A stretch of DNA of 64,000 nucleotides from an uncultured Ignavibacteria bacterium. GTDB lineage: Bacteria; Zixibacteria; MSB-5A5; WJJR01. The first letter of the stretch is position 1. Each line of letters starts with the position of its first letter. A program made the position numbers and the translations under genes. Shown here piece after piece: positions 47,502 to 57,362 of this stretch. The notes beneath the pieces are model-generated. The model was not told where the DNA came from and did not search any database. It saw only the letters and a list, made by a program, of their open reading frames with translations. Location of the stretch: positions 398,673-462,672 of the forward strand of contig CAYJMP010000001.1 in assembly GCA_964371625.1 (NCBI GenBank). The letters run 5' to 3'.

Positions 47502-47633
47502 ACGTAGAACCATTATACATTGCAGTTCTATGTATGTCAACCAACAAAGTTCCGGGAAGTTCGAGTAGAGGCCACTTTGAGGTGATAAATCGAGGCCGTG
47601 TACCTCATCCTCCGCGGATCGAGCACCCGGCCT

Positions 47634-48005
47634 CTAACTCGAAGTATCGGCGGTTCTCTTGCGAAGTTCGTCTAGTTCTTTGAAATGATGTCGGATGAAC
47701 CCGACTTGGACGATGATCAGCGCACCGAGGATGTACGCCGTCCAATGAGGCAATCCGTCAATTTCAAGGTACAGATAAGAACCGATTATCGCGATTCCTG
47801 CCGCGATTACCGTCATCCCATAAGTCATGACGCCGGTCCACAAGAACACCGCACTGACCAAGTACAGTATGACCTTCACAACCCACGAATCAAACCACAG
47901 GGCTGCCGCGAGGAATATAACAATCGGCATCAGTCCCCTGGCGAGGACCACAGGTGATAGCCAAACGAATTCCCTCGTCCCAAGCTCCTCTAACTCCAGC
48001 GTCAT
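47634..48005 (-). CDS. hypothetical membrane protein (3-4 TM)
   Basis: Hydrophobic helices. No family assigned. Confidence 0.5.
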   Translation of the reverse strand: MTLELEELGTREFVWLSPVVLARGLMPIVIFLAAALWFDSWVVKVILYLVSAVFLWTGVMTYGMTVIAAGIAIIGSYLYLEIDGLPHWTAYILGALIIVQVGFIRHHFKELDELRKRTADTSS

Positions 48006-48117
48006 ATCCGAATGTCACCGCCTTCCCTCTGCCACGGAGATTTCCATCGCGAGCGAGCCGAATTTCCTACGGCCAGTCGGGGCCCCGTAGACTCGAGGCG
48101 TTGGGGCGACCCAGCCG

Positions 48118-49014
48118 CTAACTCCTTTGCCTCCCGAGCGACGCGATTGCAGCCTTGAGAACTTGCAGACAGATTTCTGCAGTGTGCCTATCGGGGTTGA
48201 AGCCAGAAGACAATTGTTGATACGGATGAATGTAATTGCGAAAGTCCCTTAGAGCATGGCTAAACTTCTTCACATCGAGCCCAAGATAATCGAGCTCGCA
48301 GGCAACATCTATAAGTTGAGCTAGAGTCCATTCATGAAACTGCCGGACCTTTCCACTCGGATCTCTGGGACTATTTGGTGCCTGGTTGAATTCTCGCGGA
48401 TTCGCGCACGCGACTCCAAGAAGTAGTCCTTCTAACACACTTCCGCAATGGAATATGACCGCAAGCGGGGAATCCGCTTCTGCGCAACGAACAGCCTCCG
48501 CGATCCTCCCCTCCAGGACTAGGATGAACGGTCCTGCAGAAGAAATCTGACTTAGCGATACCGCTCCGAAATCCTTCTTTAGGAACTCGTTCCCGGAATC
48601 CTTCTGCTGGGCCTGCTTGCCAAGAAGTTTCTCTACACTCCGATTTGCGCGTTCAAGCAAAGCGGAGTCATTCGGAGTTGGGGTCGGTGACTTGTATCGC
48701 CAATAATCGAGCCGTTCAGAAAGCACCTTGCCGACTAACTGGTCATTTTCGCGCTCGATGAACGCCCGCAGTCGCTTGGCCTTAGAGTCCCCATTGAACG
48801 CGTACTTTTCGGCATAGATATCGACCCCGACCGTCTCACGGAAAAACTCAGAGAACGTGCGATTGGAAAAATCCAATACATAGCCCCCCGCCATGCCGAG
48901 AAGCTGCTCAATGCAATCCCTGTCAACCAGTTTCAGGCTGCTCAACGAACAACTCCAATCAGGTTCTGTCAAGCGAGTGGCCCTGACGTCCTCGTCAGGG
49001 CCCACTTGACTCAC
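48118..49014 (-). CDS. hypothetical protein with C-terminal HEPN-like Rx4-6H motif (Abi-like?)
   Basis: LRDFRNYIHPYQQ followed by a final helix. Lower-GC segment. The 5' end overlaps a REP palindrome, so the true start is probably internal (e.g. ATG 48894). Confidence 0.45.
   Translation of the reverse strand: MSQVGPDEDVRATRLTEPDWSCSLSSLKLVDRDCIEQLLGMAGGYVLDFSNRTFSEFFRETVGVDIYAEKYAFNGDSKAKRLRAFIERENDQLVGKVLSERLDYWRYKSPTPTPNDSALLERANRSVEKLLGKQAQQKDSGNEFLKKDFGAVSLSQISSAGPFILVLEGRIAEAVRCAEADSPLAVIFHCGSVLEGLLLGVACANPREFNQAPNSPRDPSGKVRQFHEWTLAQLIDVACELDYLGLDVKKFSHALRDFRNYIHPYQQLSSGFNPDRHTAEICLQVLKAAIASLGRQRS
48979..49003. repeat. REP-like palindrome GGCCCTGACG-N4-CGTCAGGGCC (family A)
   Basis: Many further copies are listed in the findings. 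Confidence 0.75.
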
Positions 49015-49195
49015 GTATCATAGGCAGCTGCAGCACCATCACGACAGCCCCCTCGTCTTATGAGCCCTCGACATCGATTTGATCTGCACCTATAGTAAAC
49101 CCTGACGAGGGCGTCAGGGCCACTATCTTTTCGGATCGGTCACACAAGATATTCAGGGCCTCTCAGGGCGACTCGTCCGTGTGTGGGCTTATTTC

Positions 49196-49678
49196 TCAGT
49201 TGCCTTTTCGGGGAATCCTAGAGAAGACAATACCTAGGAATAGGAGCAAACCCAGCTTAGCCCAGTCAAGCACGCTAGCTTCGCCAGCCCCGATCTTCGC
49301 AATCGACGTGGGCAAGCCAATCGGGGAAATCAACCACGCGACAATGAACGGCAGAACAAACAAAATAAGTCGCATTAAAGGCATATGCACCTCCTTGATT
49401 TCTGCTATGTACTCATTCCACGACGTGATCCTTGCTCTCCACCAATACCGCCTTTCCGTCATGATCACGGCTCTCACCAGACATATTTCGCCGGCGTACG
49501 CCGTCACTCCGCGTAATCTGTCCTGTGTCATCGCGTGTTTGATCCCGATTCGAACGGCGCCCAAGATTAGCCATTCCGTCCCAAGCAAAGCACTCCGAGA
49601 CGAAGGCCTCATAGCGATCTTGCACTTCATTGCAGATGGCGTATTGCGCTCATTCTGGCTATCCGGGCACTTGCCCAA
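49196..49678 (-). CDS. hypothetical protein with C-terminal 2-TM segment
   Basis: ORF only. Low-GC island. Possibly two small genes. Confidence 0.3.
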   Translation of the reverse strand: MGKCPDSQNERNTPSAMKCKIAMRPSSRSALLGTEWLILGAVRIGIKHAMTQDRLRGVTAYAGEICLVRAVIMTERRYWWRARITSWNEYIAEIKEVHMPLMRLILFVLPFIVAWLISPIGLPTSIAKIGAGEASVLDWAKLGLLLFLGIVFSRIPRKGN

Positions 49679-49686
49679 GGAGTGCC

Positions 49687-50139
49687 TCAGCTTTTTGGGT
49701 TATTTTCTGCCAGAATACTTAGGATTGTCCATTGTCCTCCTTCTTTCGTGAGCGTGAAAACCGTTCGAAAATCTGTGCGCCAGGTTTCGGTGTGTCCAGT
49801 CACCAGCACCACCGCCAAATTGTCCCCATGGGGAACGGTGCTAATCTCATCGACGACATGAGCCCACTGCTTTTCCGTTCCCAACCACTTTATGAATTCT
49901 TCGGCAGGCTTGGTCGAGAGGCTAGATGGCCCTCCCCCACTACCGAACGCAGCAACGTATGACACCGGAGAAAAGAACAACTCCCGCATTTCATCGAATC
50001 GCTTGTTAGTGATGTCATCAAAATAAGTTCTGACGACTGACTCGGGGCCGGTCGCGGATTTGCCTGTCACGTACGCGTGGCTGACTGCGATCGCGAACAA
50101 CATCAGCACTGTCGAAATTGCAAGCCTGAGTGTTGTCAT
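49687..50139 (-). CDS. secreted NTF2-like / SnoaL-like fold protein
   Basis: Signal peptide. ~130 aa with alpha+beta cone pattern. Confidence 0.45.
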   Translation of the reverse strand: MTTLRLAISTVLMLFAIAVSHAYVTGKSATGPESVVRTYFDDITNKRFDEMRELFFSPVSYVAAFGSGGGPSSLSTKPAEEFIKWLGTEKQWAHVVDEISTVPHGDNLAVVLVTGHTETWRTDFRTVFTLTKEGGQWTILSILAENNPKS

Positions 50140-50429
50140 AAGCCTCTCCTGACTGATTGAGTGATATAGTTACGAGCGTGGATTGATCGCTTGCTCATGC
50201 CGCGTGCCCCACGACGGGAGGCCCTGACACCCTCGTCATGGCTCGCATAGCTCACGTATCGGAGGCAGTCATACCATCATCACTGGAATGCCTTCGCGTC
50301 ATGGGCTTTCGGCGTCGATTCGATACGTGCCTAAAATAAACCCTGACGAGGGCGTCAGGGCCACACTTTTGGGGATCGGTGTCACAAGATTGTCAGGGAC
50401 TGTCAGGGCCCCCCGCAATCTCAGTAGAG

Positions 50430-50515
50430 TAGGGTGGGCACGCTCTTTGAGCCCACCGTCTCCCCCACACAATCCAAAAGCGGTGGGCGCCAAGAGCGCG
50501 CCCACCCTACGCCCT
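50430..50515. repeat. REP-like palindrome pair AGGGTGGGCGCGCTCTTTGCGCCCACC (family B)
   Basis: Copies at 52380-52490, 56455-56492 and 63735-63790. Confidence 0.75.
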
Positions 50516-51739
50516 CTCGCCGGCTGGTATCGCGGCTCGGCGCAGAGTGACGAGCGTGATCTCGGACGGCTGTCCTATGCGCACTGGCGGACCCCAGTAT
50601 CCCGTTCCGCGAGACACATACACCCACATATTCTCGTGACGATGCAGTCCGGAGATATACGGTTGCGCCAGCCGCGCCAGGTTGTCCCACGGGAAAAACT
50701 GTCCGCCGTGCGTGTGCCCCGACAATTGCAGGTCGAATCCGGCGGCGGCCGCGGCATCGACGCTTTTCGGTTGATGTGCCAATAGAATTCGTACCACGCC
50801 GTCAGGCGCCCCGGCGATTGCCGCTTGCGGGCTGCTTGTCTGATCGGCGAAGTAACCACCCGCACTTAGGTCGGTCACTCCCGCGACGACAATCCGCGCG
50901 CCGTCTTTTTCGATCACACGGTGCGCATTCAAGAGGATGTCCCAACCGAGCCGGGCAACCTCGTCAAGCCAGGGCATGACACCCGAGTAGTAATCGTGGT
51001 TTCCGGTGACGAAAAACCGCCCGTAACGCGCATCGAGGTCGGCGAGGGGCGCCGTATCCTCGCGCAGCTGCGGCACACTGCCATCGACCAAGTCTCCCGT
51101 AAACGCGACCATATCTGCCCCGGTGCGGCCCGTAGCCTGGGCCACCATCTCGACCCAGTCGCGTTTGATCGTCGGCCCGACATGCAAATCGGAAATCTGG
51201 GCAATCTTGAATCCGTCAAACTGCGGCGGCAGGTTGGGAATCGGAATGTCGACAGGGAGAACACGCGGCTGTCGGCGCGCTTCGAACACGCCAACCCCGG
51301 TCAGCATCCCGGAAAGCCCGACCACGGCAAGGCTCGAACCCGCGATCAGCAATTTGCGACGATCCGCGTCGATCTCCGCAGGTGCTTCCGCTTTCGGTGA
51401 GAAGAGTTTCTTTGCGAGATGGACAATGGCACGGACGATTCGCACAAGCAGGTAAATCAGATCCCGCCCAATCGTCAGCACCGCCAAGACCGAGAAAAAC
51501 CCCATGGCGACAAATCCCGCCCACGCGAACGCTTCGGGGAAGAAACGTCCCCGCAGGAAAATCTGGATTATCATGGGCGACGCGGTAAGCACGAACGACA
51601 ACGCGACCAGTATCCATCCGAGCCGTCGACGTGACCGCGAAAGGCCGCTGGACGACACCAGACGTCGCCCAACGTAGACATGCGCAAGTCCAATGATGCT
51701 GGTGAAGATGAGTAAGAAGGCGAGGAATCTCATGATCAA
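50507..51739 (-). CDS. membrane-anchored metallophosphoesterase (calcineurin-like)
   Basis: ISDLHVG...GDLVDG...GNHDYY...GHTHGG. N-terminal TM helices. Confidence 0.8.
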   Translation of the reverse strand: MIMRFLAFLLIFTSIIGLAHVYVGRRLVSSSGLSRSRRRLGWILVALSFVLTASPMIIQIFLRGRFFPEAFAWAGFVAMGFFSVLAVLTIGRDLIYLLVRIVRAIVHLAKKLFSPKAEAPAEIDADRRKLLIAGSSLAVVGLSGMLTGVGVFEARRQPRVLPVDIPIPNLPPQFDGFKIAQISDLHVGPTIKRDWVEMVAQATGRTGADMVAFTGDLVDGSVPQLREDTAPLADLDARYGRFFVTGNHDYYSGVMPWLDEVARLGWDILLNAHRVIEKDGARIVVAGVTDLSAGGYFADQTSSPQAAIAGAPDGVVRILLAHQPKSVDAAAAAGFDLQLSGHTHGGQFFPWDNLARLAQPYISGLHRHENMWVYVSRGTGYWGPPVRIGQPSEITLVTLRRAAIPAGERA

Positions 51740-51900
51740 GCGCGGCCCCCCGGTGGCGAGGGGCCGAGGTCATTATACATTCAATCCAGCGCCCCGGCGC
51801 TGGTTGTTTCGACCTTGCAATTGTTCACTCATTTGTTCGGATTAACATTTCCACGGCAGGGCTGTGTAGCAACCGGCGTGATACTCGCGGCGATCTTAGA

Positions 51901-52362
51901 TCAGCCCTTTCTGACACTTGTCCATGTCACGATGAGTAATGCCGCGAGCTCAACGATCGCCCTCCAAATATGCAGCGTCCACCACTGGTCTCTGAGGTCA
52001 GTCCAATTGGCCGGGAGAGAAGCGGAATTCCATGTTAGCACGATGTCGTCTATCGGTTTGTTCCCGAACCTTGTAATGAGAATGCACGCGATGAAGAGCC
52101 CTGCGGCCGCCAGCAGGCCGATAAATACGAGGTTGTTGCGTCTTTCAAGAAATGCCAACGTCAGTGTGATGATTGTCGCCGCTACAACAAGGACCACCAT
52201 CAACACTCTTAAGCCATGCAACATATTCTGCTGCTGCTCAACATAGGTTGAGGGCGAAAGACCTTGCGGATTGAAGCCGATCCATATTCCAAGACTGACT
52301 CCCGCAAGGATCGCAGCCAGCATGATATCAAGGGTCCGAATGATTCCACGCGACATACCCAC
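51901..52362 (-). CDS. DUF1772 (anthrone oxygenase-like) membrane protein
   Basis: 4 TM. FGNKPID...W...RDQWWTLHIWR pattern. Confidence 0.55.
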   Translation of the reverse strand: MGMSRGIIRTLDIMLAAILAGVSLGIWIGFNPQGLSPSTYVEQQQNMLHGLRVLMVVLVVAATIITLTLAFLERRNNLVFIGLLAAAGLFIACILITRFGNKPIDDIVLTWNSASLPANWTDLRDQWWTLHIWRAIVELAALLIVTWTSVRKG

Positions 52363-52518
52363 CGCCTTCTTCCATCAGATCGTAGGGTGGGCGCGCTCTT
52401 TGCGCCCGCCACTCTTGCGCACGGGAAAGGGTGGGCGCCCTTTCGACTTCTCTCAGGGTCTTCGACAAAGAGCGCGCCCACCGTACGACTGCCATGCCGG
52501 TCCATCCGCTGTCAATCC

Positions 52519-53610
52519 CTACACGACCGCAACCTTCACGCAGTGAATCGGCGGGAGCGCATCGAAGAGGCATGTCCACTCCTCGCCGCCGTCGTGTCCC
52601 ATCCACAATTGCCCGGTCGTACTCCCCATGTAGAGCGCCGGCGATTTCAGGTCGTCGATGTCGAGCGCGTCGCGCAAGACAGTGAAGTAGGTATCCTTCT
52701 TCGGGAATCCTTTGGCCAATCGCTTCCACGAATCGCCGCCGTTCTCGGTACGCCAAACCGCAGGGGCGCCATCGGGACAGGTCCGCGTCATGGGAACCAG
52801 CGGCACGACATACGCGACATCGGGATTGTGCGGATGCACCACGATCGGAAAGCCGAAATCGGACGGCAGCCCCTTGGCGATTGAGCGCCAGGTATGCCCA
52901 TGGTCGTCGCTGCGCAGGACGCCGATTCCGGGGCGTTCATCCCAGCCGCCGTGGTTTTGTAAGTAGAAACGGCCGGGCGCATCAGGGTGCGTTGCGATTT
53001 TGTGCACGCACTGCCCCCACTCCGGATATGGATCTGGCTCAAACCCAGCGCCGATCCCGTTGTTGGCGGGCTGGAAGGTCTGACCGCGATCTTCGCTCAT
53101 GTAGTGTCCGCCGGTCGAGATGCCCAGATGGATGCGCTGGCCGTCCTTGATGATGGTGTGCATGCACAAACCGCCCGCACCGGGTTGCCACTGCCGCGCG
53201 TGCTCATGGTTGCTGATCCCCAGAATCATCTCCCAGGAATCGCCGGCGTCATCGCTGTGGAACAGCGCCGCCGGCTCGACACCGCAATAAAGGTCCTTGG
53301 AGTCGTACCCCGCCTCCAACGACCAGATGTTCGCCAAGGCGCGTCCATCATCTTTCGGGAAGGCAGGGGCCGACTTGGTCTCCTTAAACGATTTGCCGAG
53401 ATCGGTCGAGCGCAACACCTTCATGCCAAAGAATGGATTGCAGCTCGACGCGTAGATGCTTAGTTTCTTGCGCGTGTCGACCAGCGCGGAGTAGACGGCC
53501 ACACCCTGTCCGAATGGTCCGCGCAGCTCAAACCGTTTGCGGGTCTTGGCCGCCTCGGCGACAAACAACCCCTTCTTCGTGCCAATGCAGAGAATCACAC
53601 GCTCCGGCAT
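52519..53610 (-). CDS. BNR/sialidase-fold (exo-alpha-sialidase-like) beta-propeller protein
   Basis: Repeated S/T-x-D-x-G-x-T-W Asp-box-like motifs (SDDAGDSW, SEDRGQTF, SDDHGHTW, TENGGDSW). Confidence 0.65.
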   Translation of the reverse strand: MPERVILCIGTKKGLFVAEAAKTRKRFELRGPFGQGVAVYSALVDTRKKLSIYASSCNPFFGMKVLRSTDLGKSFKETKSAPAFPKDDGRALANIWSLEAGYDSKDLYCGVEPAALFHSDDAGDSWEMILGISNHEHARQWQPGAGGLCMHTIIKDGQRIHLGISTGGHYMSEDRGQTFQPANNGIGAGFEPDPYPEWGQCVHKIATHPDAPGRFYLQNHGGWDERPGIGVLRSDDHGHTWRSIAKGLPSDFGFPIVVHPHNPDVAYVVPLVPMTRTCPDGAPAVWRTENGGDSWKRLAKGFPKKDTYFTVLRDALDIDDLKSPALYMGSTTGQLWMGHDGGEEWTCLFDALPPIHCVKVAVV

Positions 53611-53611
53611 C

Positions 53612-53887
53612 TTACCCTCCCGAAACCGCGGTCATGATCGTAACCACGTCCCCCGGCGTTAACTGTGTCGAAAGCCCCTGCGGGCCGCGCACAAGTGACT
53701 TGTTGATGAATACATTGATGTGACGACGCACCATACCGGTCTCATCACAGACATTGCGGTACAAAAGCGGATACTGCGCTTCGATCACATTGAGCGCCGC
53801 CGTGACTGTTGACGCCGCTACAGCCAGATCGCGAGTTCCCCCGCAGGTATCGCGCAGTTGGCTGGGGATGCGGACGGTTATTGTCAT
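53612..53887 (-). CDS. MoaD/ThiS-family ubiquitin-like protein ending in Gly-Gly
   Basis: 91 aa. C-terminal ...IMTAVSGG. Stop is 2 nt upstream of the start of the next gene. Confidence 0.65.
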   Translation of the reverse strand: MTITVRIPSQLRDTCGGTRDLAVAASTVTAALNVIEAQYPLLYRNVCDETGMVRRHINVFINKSLVRGPQGLSTQLTPGDVVTIMTAVSGG

Positions 53888-54020
53888 GATTGAGGCTCCA
53901 CGTCACAGATGGGATTGGAGCGCCACACCCGGACGAAGCACATCGTTATACAAATAAAATGGCTGCCACAGGGCCCTGTCAATCATCTCCCGGGGCGATT
54001 TCCAGGGTAAGACTTGCGGG

Positions 54021-55109
54021 TCATCCTTGCTTCGGTACGACCCTCTTGTGGAGGACCTCGAGCATAAGCACGCGCTCGGACCCCTTGAGGGACCAGACGC
54101 GCTGGCGCAGTGCTTCTCCCGCTTCGAAATCGAAGCGCACGATGTGAGAGACGATTCGCTCGCCTTCGTAGCCATCAAGGTTAATTTGCAAGCCGCCGCT
54201 GTCGAGCACGATTACGTCCCCCTCGTAGACGCCGCCATAGTTCGACAGCGCCAGGCAGCGCAGTCCATCGGTTCCCACGTGGTGGTAGAAGTACACATCG
54301 AGCGTATGTATCTGCTTGCCGCTGCCCGTCACGTCGACCGTGCGCCCATAGACATACTCGGCAATGGGGACAAACTCGAAAGTGGATTGAATGTGAAAGG
54401 CCTCTCCACTCTCACCTTTGCCCTTGGCATCCCAAGTGCGGCCCACGAACGATTCGAAGATTCTCAGTTCCTCCGGGAGTTTCAGCGCTTCTTCTGGGAT
54501 TCTCGTGCCTGTCGCGGCGGGGTCGTTGACGCGAAAATGATCCCAGTCGGCCAGTGGCTGGTAGCCGCCCGGACCAGTTGATTCCAGAAGCGTCGCGTGG
54601 TATTTGTCGGGACCTTCGAAAATCGAACGCGAGCGCAAATTGCGGGGGCCGCGAGGCTGGTAGAGGTCGAAGATGGCGTCCGAAGTGTCGCCATCGAACC
54701 TGATCGTGCCATCGCCCACGCCTCTGCCGATCCCGGGGATGTTGGGGTGCATGCTCAGGAGTAAGACTTGGTTGCGCCCCGGATGCCAGTATACGACCTG
54801 CAGTGCTCGCCATGGACTACCGTCCGCGGCTTCGCCCTCGGTCATCATGCGGAGCGAGTGCTTACCCGGGCCCCAGTGCCAGCTGTCATATAAGCTCGTC
54901 CCGCTTTGAGCAGTCATCTTCCACTCACCGCCGAGCATGCGTGCGAAGTTTGCCAATGGTTCTGCAGATAGAACGGGCGGGCGCGGCGAGATCTGAGGAT
55001 CTCCTGCCTCGACTTTGGTCGCAGCGTCCGGTTTCGAATCCTGTGCAGCGGTACACGCGCACAGCACGGCCATGAGGAGCAGTATGATGAGGGTACAGTG
55101 GAATCGCAT
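54021..55109 (-). CDS. hypothetical secreted protein
   Basis: Signal peptide plus lipobox-like LCAC. No family recognised. Confidence 0.5.
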   Translation of the reverse strand: MRFHCTLIILLLMAVLCACTAAQDSKPDAATKVEAGDPQISPRPPVLSAEPLANFARMLGGEWKMTAQSGTSLYDSWHWGPGKHSLRMMTEGEAADGSPWRALQVVYWHPGRNQVLLLSMHPNIPGIGRGVGDGTIRFDGDTSDAIFDLYQPRGPRNLRSRSIFEGPDKYHATLLESTGPGGYQPLADWDHFRVNDPAATGTRIPEEALKLPEELRIFESFVGRTWDAKGKGESGEAFHIQSTFEFVPIAEYVYGRTVDVTGSGKQIHTLDVYFYHHVGTDGLRCLALSNYGGVYEGDVIVLDSGGLQINLDGYEGERIVSHIVRFDFEAGEALRQRVWSLKGSERVLMLEVLHKRVVPKQG

Positions 55110-55147
55110 GGTCTGGCCGGGTCGACTTCCCTCGAGCCGTTTGGCTT

Positions 55148-55648
55148 TTATGCCTGACGTATGTCCGACGTTTCCCAGCCCGGCAACGCGGCCGCCTGCT
55201 TCACCCACGTCGCAAACTGCGCCTCGTCGAGCTGGTCGTCCTCGCGAATGTCGAAGTAGCGCACATCCTTACTCTTGGACTCACCCGGAGGAAGCGGACG
55301 CAGCGACGCACCGCGGAAGAAACACACCTTAATGTAGTTTGTGTAGCAATGGAAACTCAGGAACCACCCCTGGCCCTCGATCCCATAAAACGGGGAGTTC
55401 CATTTGACCGCCTTGCGAACGTTGGGCACGTTGCGCACGATGAGCCCATCGAGGAGCTTCCCAATGTCGCGCTTCCAGCCGGGCATCGCGGCGATGTACG
55501 CCTGCACCGGGGCGTTGCCGTCGCCCTTCGCGATCTGTGGGTTGCCGCCTGAAAGAAGTTTCACGGGCTTCGCAGCGACCCGCTTGGCAGCCTTCGTAGT
55601 GACTTTCGTTGATTTCTTCGAGGTCTTTTTCGCCGTCTTGCCGACCAT
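55148..55648 (-). CDS. DUF1801-like protein with Lys-rich N-terminal tail
   Basis: MVGKTAKKTSKKSTKVTTKAAKR... then a YdhG-like core. GGAG 8 nt upstream. Confidence 0.55.
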   Translation of the reverse strand: MVGKTAKKTSKKSTKVTTKAAKRVAAKPVKLLSGGNPQIAKGDGNAPVQAYIAAMPGWKRDIGKLLDGLIVRNVPNVRKAVKWNSPFYGIEGQGWFLSFHCYTNYIKVCFFRGASLRPLPPGESKSKDVRYFDIREDDQLDEAQFATWVKQAAALPGWETSDIRQA

Positions 55649-55714
55649 TGTGTTCACTCCAGGCTTCGTGGCCCTGACGTGCTCTTGGGGCGCGTTAAAA
55701 AAGTCAAAAAAGGA

Positions 55715-55849
55715 GCAACAAGGATTGCTTCGTCGGTCGACGATAGAGCTGTCTTCCTCCTCGCAATGACGGTGATTCTCTTTGTGTTAAGAAGAGGATC
55801 GTCATTGCGAGGAGGAGCGCTCTTTGCGACGACGAAGCAATCTTTGTTG
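55715..55849. repeat. MITE-like element, second copy of the 46969-47108 family
   Basis: Outer IR AGCAACAAGGATTGCTTCGTCG/CGACGAAGCAATCTTTGTTGCT. Inner IR CCTCCTCGCAATGACG/CGTCATTGCGAGGAGG. Confidence 0.8.
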
Positions 55850-55879
55850 CTTTTTGTGACGCTGAACATACCACTCTGT

Positions 55880-56317
55880 CTACCGTTCCTTCGCCAGCGC
55901 ATTCGCGGCCACCGCCGCCTTCACAAGCGCCTTGAACGCGCGCGCGTCGATCCGCTCCCCTTCCGCAATGTCGATCGCTCTTCGCGTGTTGCCTTCCAAA
56001 CTGGCATTGAAGAGGCGCGATGGGTCCGGAATGCTGGCGCCCCGGGCGAACGTAAGCTTCACGACCTTCTTGTAAGTCTCCCCGGTGCAGACGATCCCGT
56101 CATGCGACCAGACCGGAACTCCTGTCGGATTCGACGGCTTCTTCCATTTCCGTTCCTCGATCATCCCGGGGTCGGCCTCGAAGATCAGCGTCCGCATGTG
56201 GGCCAGGGTTGCCTGGAGCCAGTCGCTCATTTCCGCGGTTTTCTTGTCGACCCGCTTGCGCGTTGTGGCGGTCTTCTTGGCAGTCTTCGCTGATTTCCTG
56301 GATGTCTTGCCGGCCAT
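55880..56317 (-). CDS. DUF1801-like protein with Lys-rich N-terminal tail (paralog)
   Basis: MAGKTSRKSAKTAKKTATTRKR... then a YdhG-like core. AGGAGGG RBS. Confidence 0.55.
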   Translation of the reverse strand: MAGKTSRKSAKTAKKTATTRKRVDKKTAEMSDWLQATLAHMRTLIFEADPGMIEERKWKKPSNPTGVPVWSHDGIVCTGETYKKVVKLTFARGASIPDPSRLFNASLEGNTRRAIDIAEGERIDARAFKALVKAAVAANALAKER

Positions 56318-56546
56318 TGTGTTCATACCCTCCTGATACACTCCTATATAACAATCGATGGGTTGCCCTCACAACCCGCAGATTGCGAGCATAGACGATC
56401 GATTGCCGGCTGGTTGCTCTCCCGTGGGAACGCCAATCTCCTGATTGGCGACACAAAGAAAGGTGGGTCCCAAGAGCGGACCCACCCTACGAACACGCCA
56501 GTCTCTCGTCATCCCAGATCGACTGAATTGCCCCACGTACGGGCCG

Positions 56547-57164
56547 CTAATTCATCGTCGCGCTGAAGCGGACGCCGACACTGGCGCCACTCCATTTGTC
56601 ATCGTTGTTGCCATCGGGAATCGAGTGCACGCCGAGCGATCCCGCCACTCCCAATGCCCATTTCCGCCCGACCCACCATTCTTTGCCAATGGCCAGTTCA
56701 GCAGCGACACCTTCATCAGATTCCACTTTTCTGAATTGGTCGGGATCGAAAGTCAACGAGGCCACACCGACCGAGCCGGACAGGTAGAGATTGGCGGGCA
56801 TTACGTAGTAGGTCAGGCCCACTCCCAGTGCGCCCATGGTGAGGTCGCCATCCAGTTCTCGCTCGACATCGTTGATCTCGGCGTCGGGATCCGTGATTCC
56901 CCAGCCCAAAATCGTGCCGTGCACGGCCAGATTGGGCGCGACCATAGCGCCAAATGCGAAGTTGAAGTCGCCGGAGGGACCGGAGAGTTTGTATTCGTCA
57001 TTCTCGTCATCCAGTTTCGTGGCGGCGCCCCCAACTCCCCCCGAAAGGCGCATAAAGAAGCCACCGATGTGATCGCGGTCGCCGGCCTGGGCAACATTGG
57101 CCAGGCAGAACACGGCCAGCATGGCGAAGGCGATGAATCCGACAAATCGTGTGCGAGACTGCAT
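56547..57164 (-). CDS. small outer-membrane beta-barrel protein (OmpW/OmpA-like 8-strand)
   Basis: AGGAGG RBS. Signal peptide ending AQA. C-terminal ...RFSATMN. Confidence 0.6.
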   Translation of the reverse strand: MQSRTRFVGFIAFAMLAVFCLANVAQAGDRDHIGGFFMRLSGGVGGAATKLDDENDEYKLSGPSGDFNFAFGAMVAPNLAVHGTILGWGITDPDAEINDVERELDGDLTMGALGVGLTYYVMPANLYLSGSVGVASLTFDPDQFRKVESDEGVAAELAIGKEWWVGRKWALGVAGSLGVHSIPDGNNDDKWSGASVGVRFSATMN

Positions 57165-57362
57165 GTGACGCCTCCTGAGTTGTGCGTAATTCATTTCACT
57201 GTATTGACTCACCTATGAACCGAAAGAATCCTACCCCATCGAGATGGTTTCCGAGAATGTAGCCACTCGGTCGGCATGTCGGCTATCAGATTTGATACCT
57301 GATGAGTACGAAACCGGACGGGTTGCCCTGATGCCCTCGTCATGCCAGCCGGTCGTAAGTGA

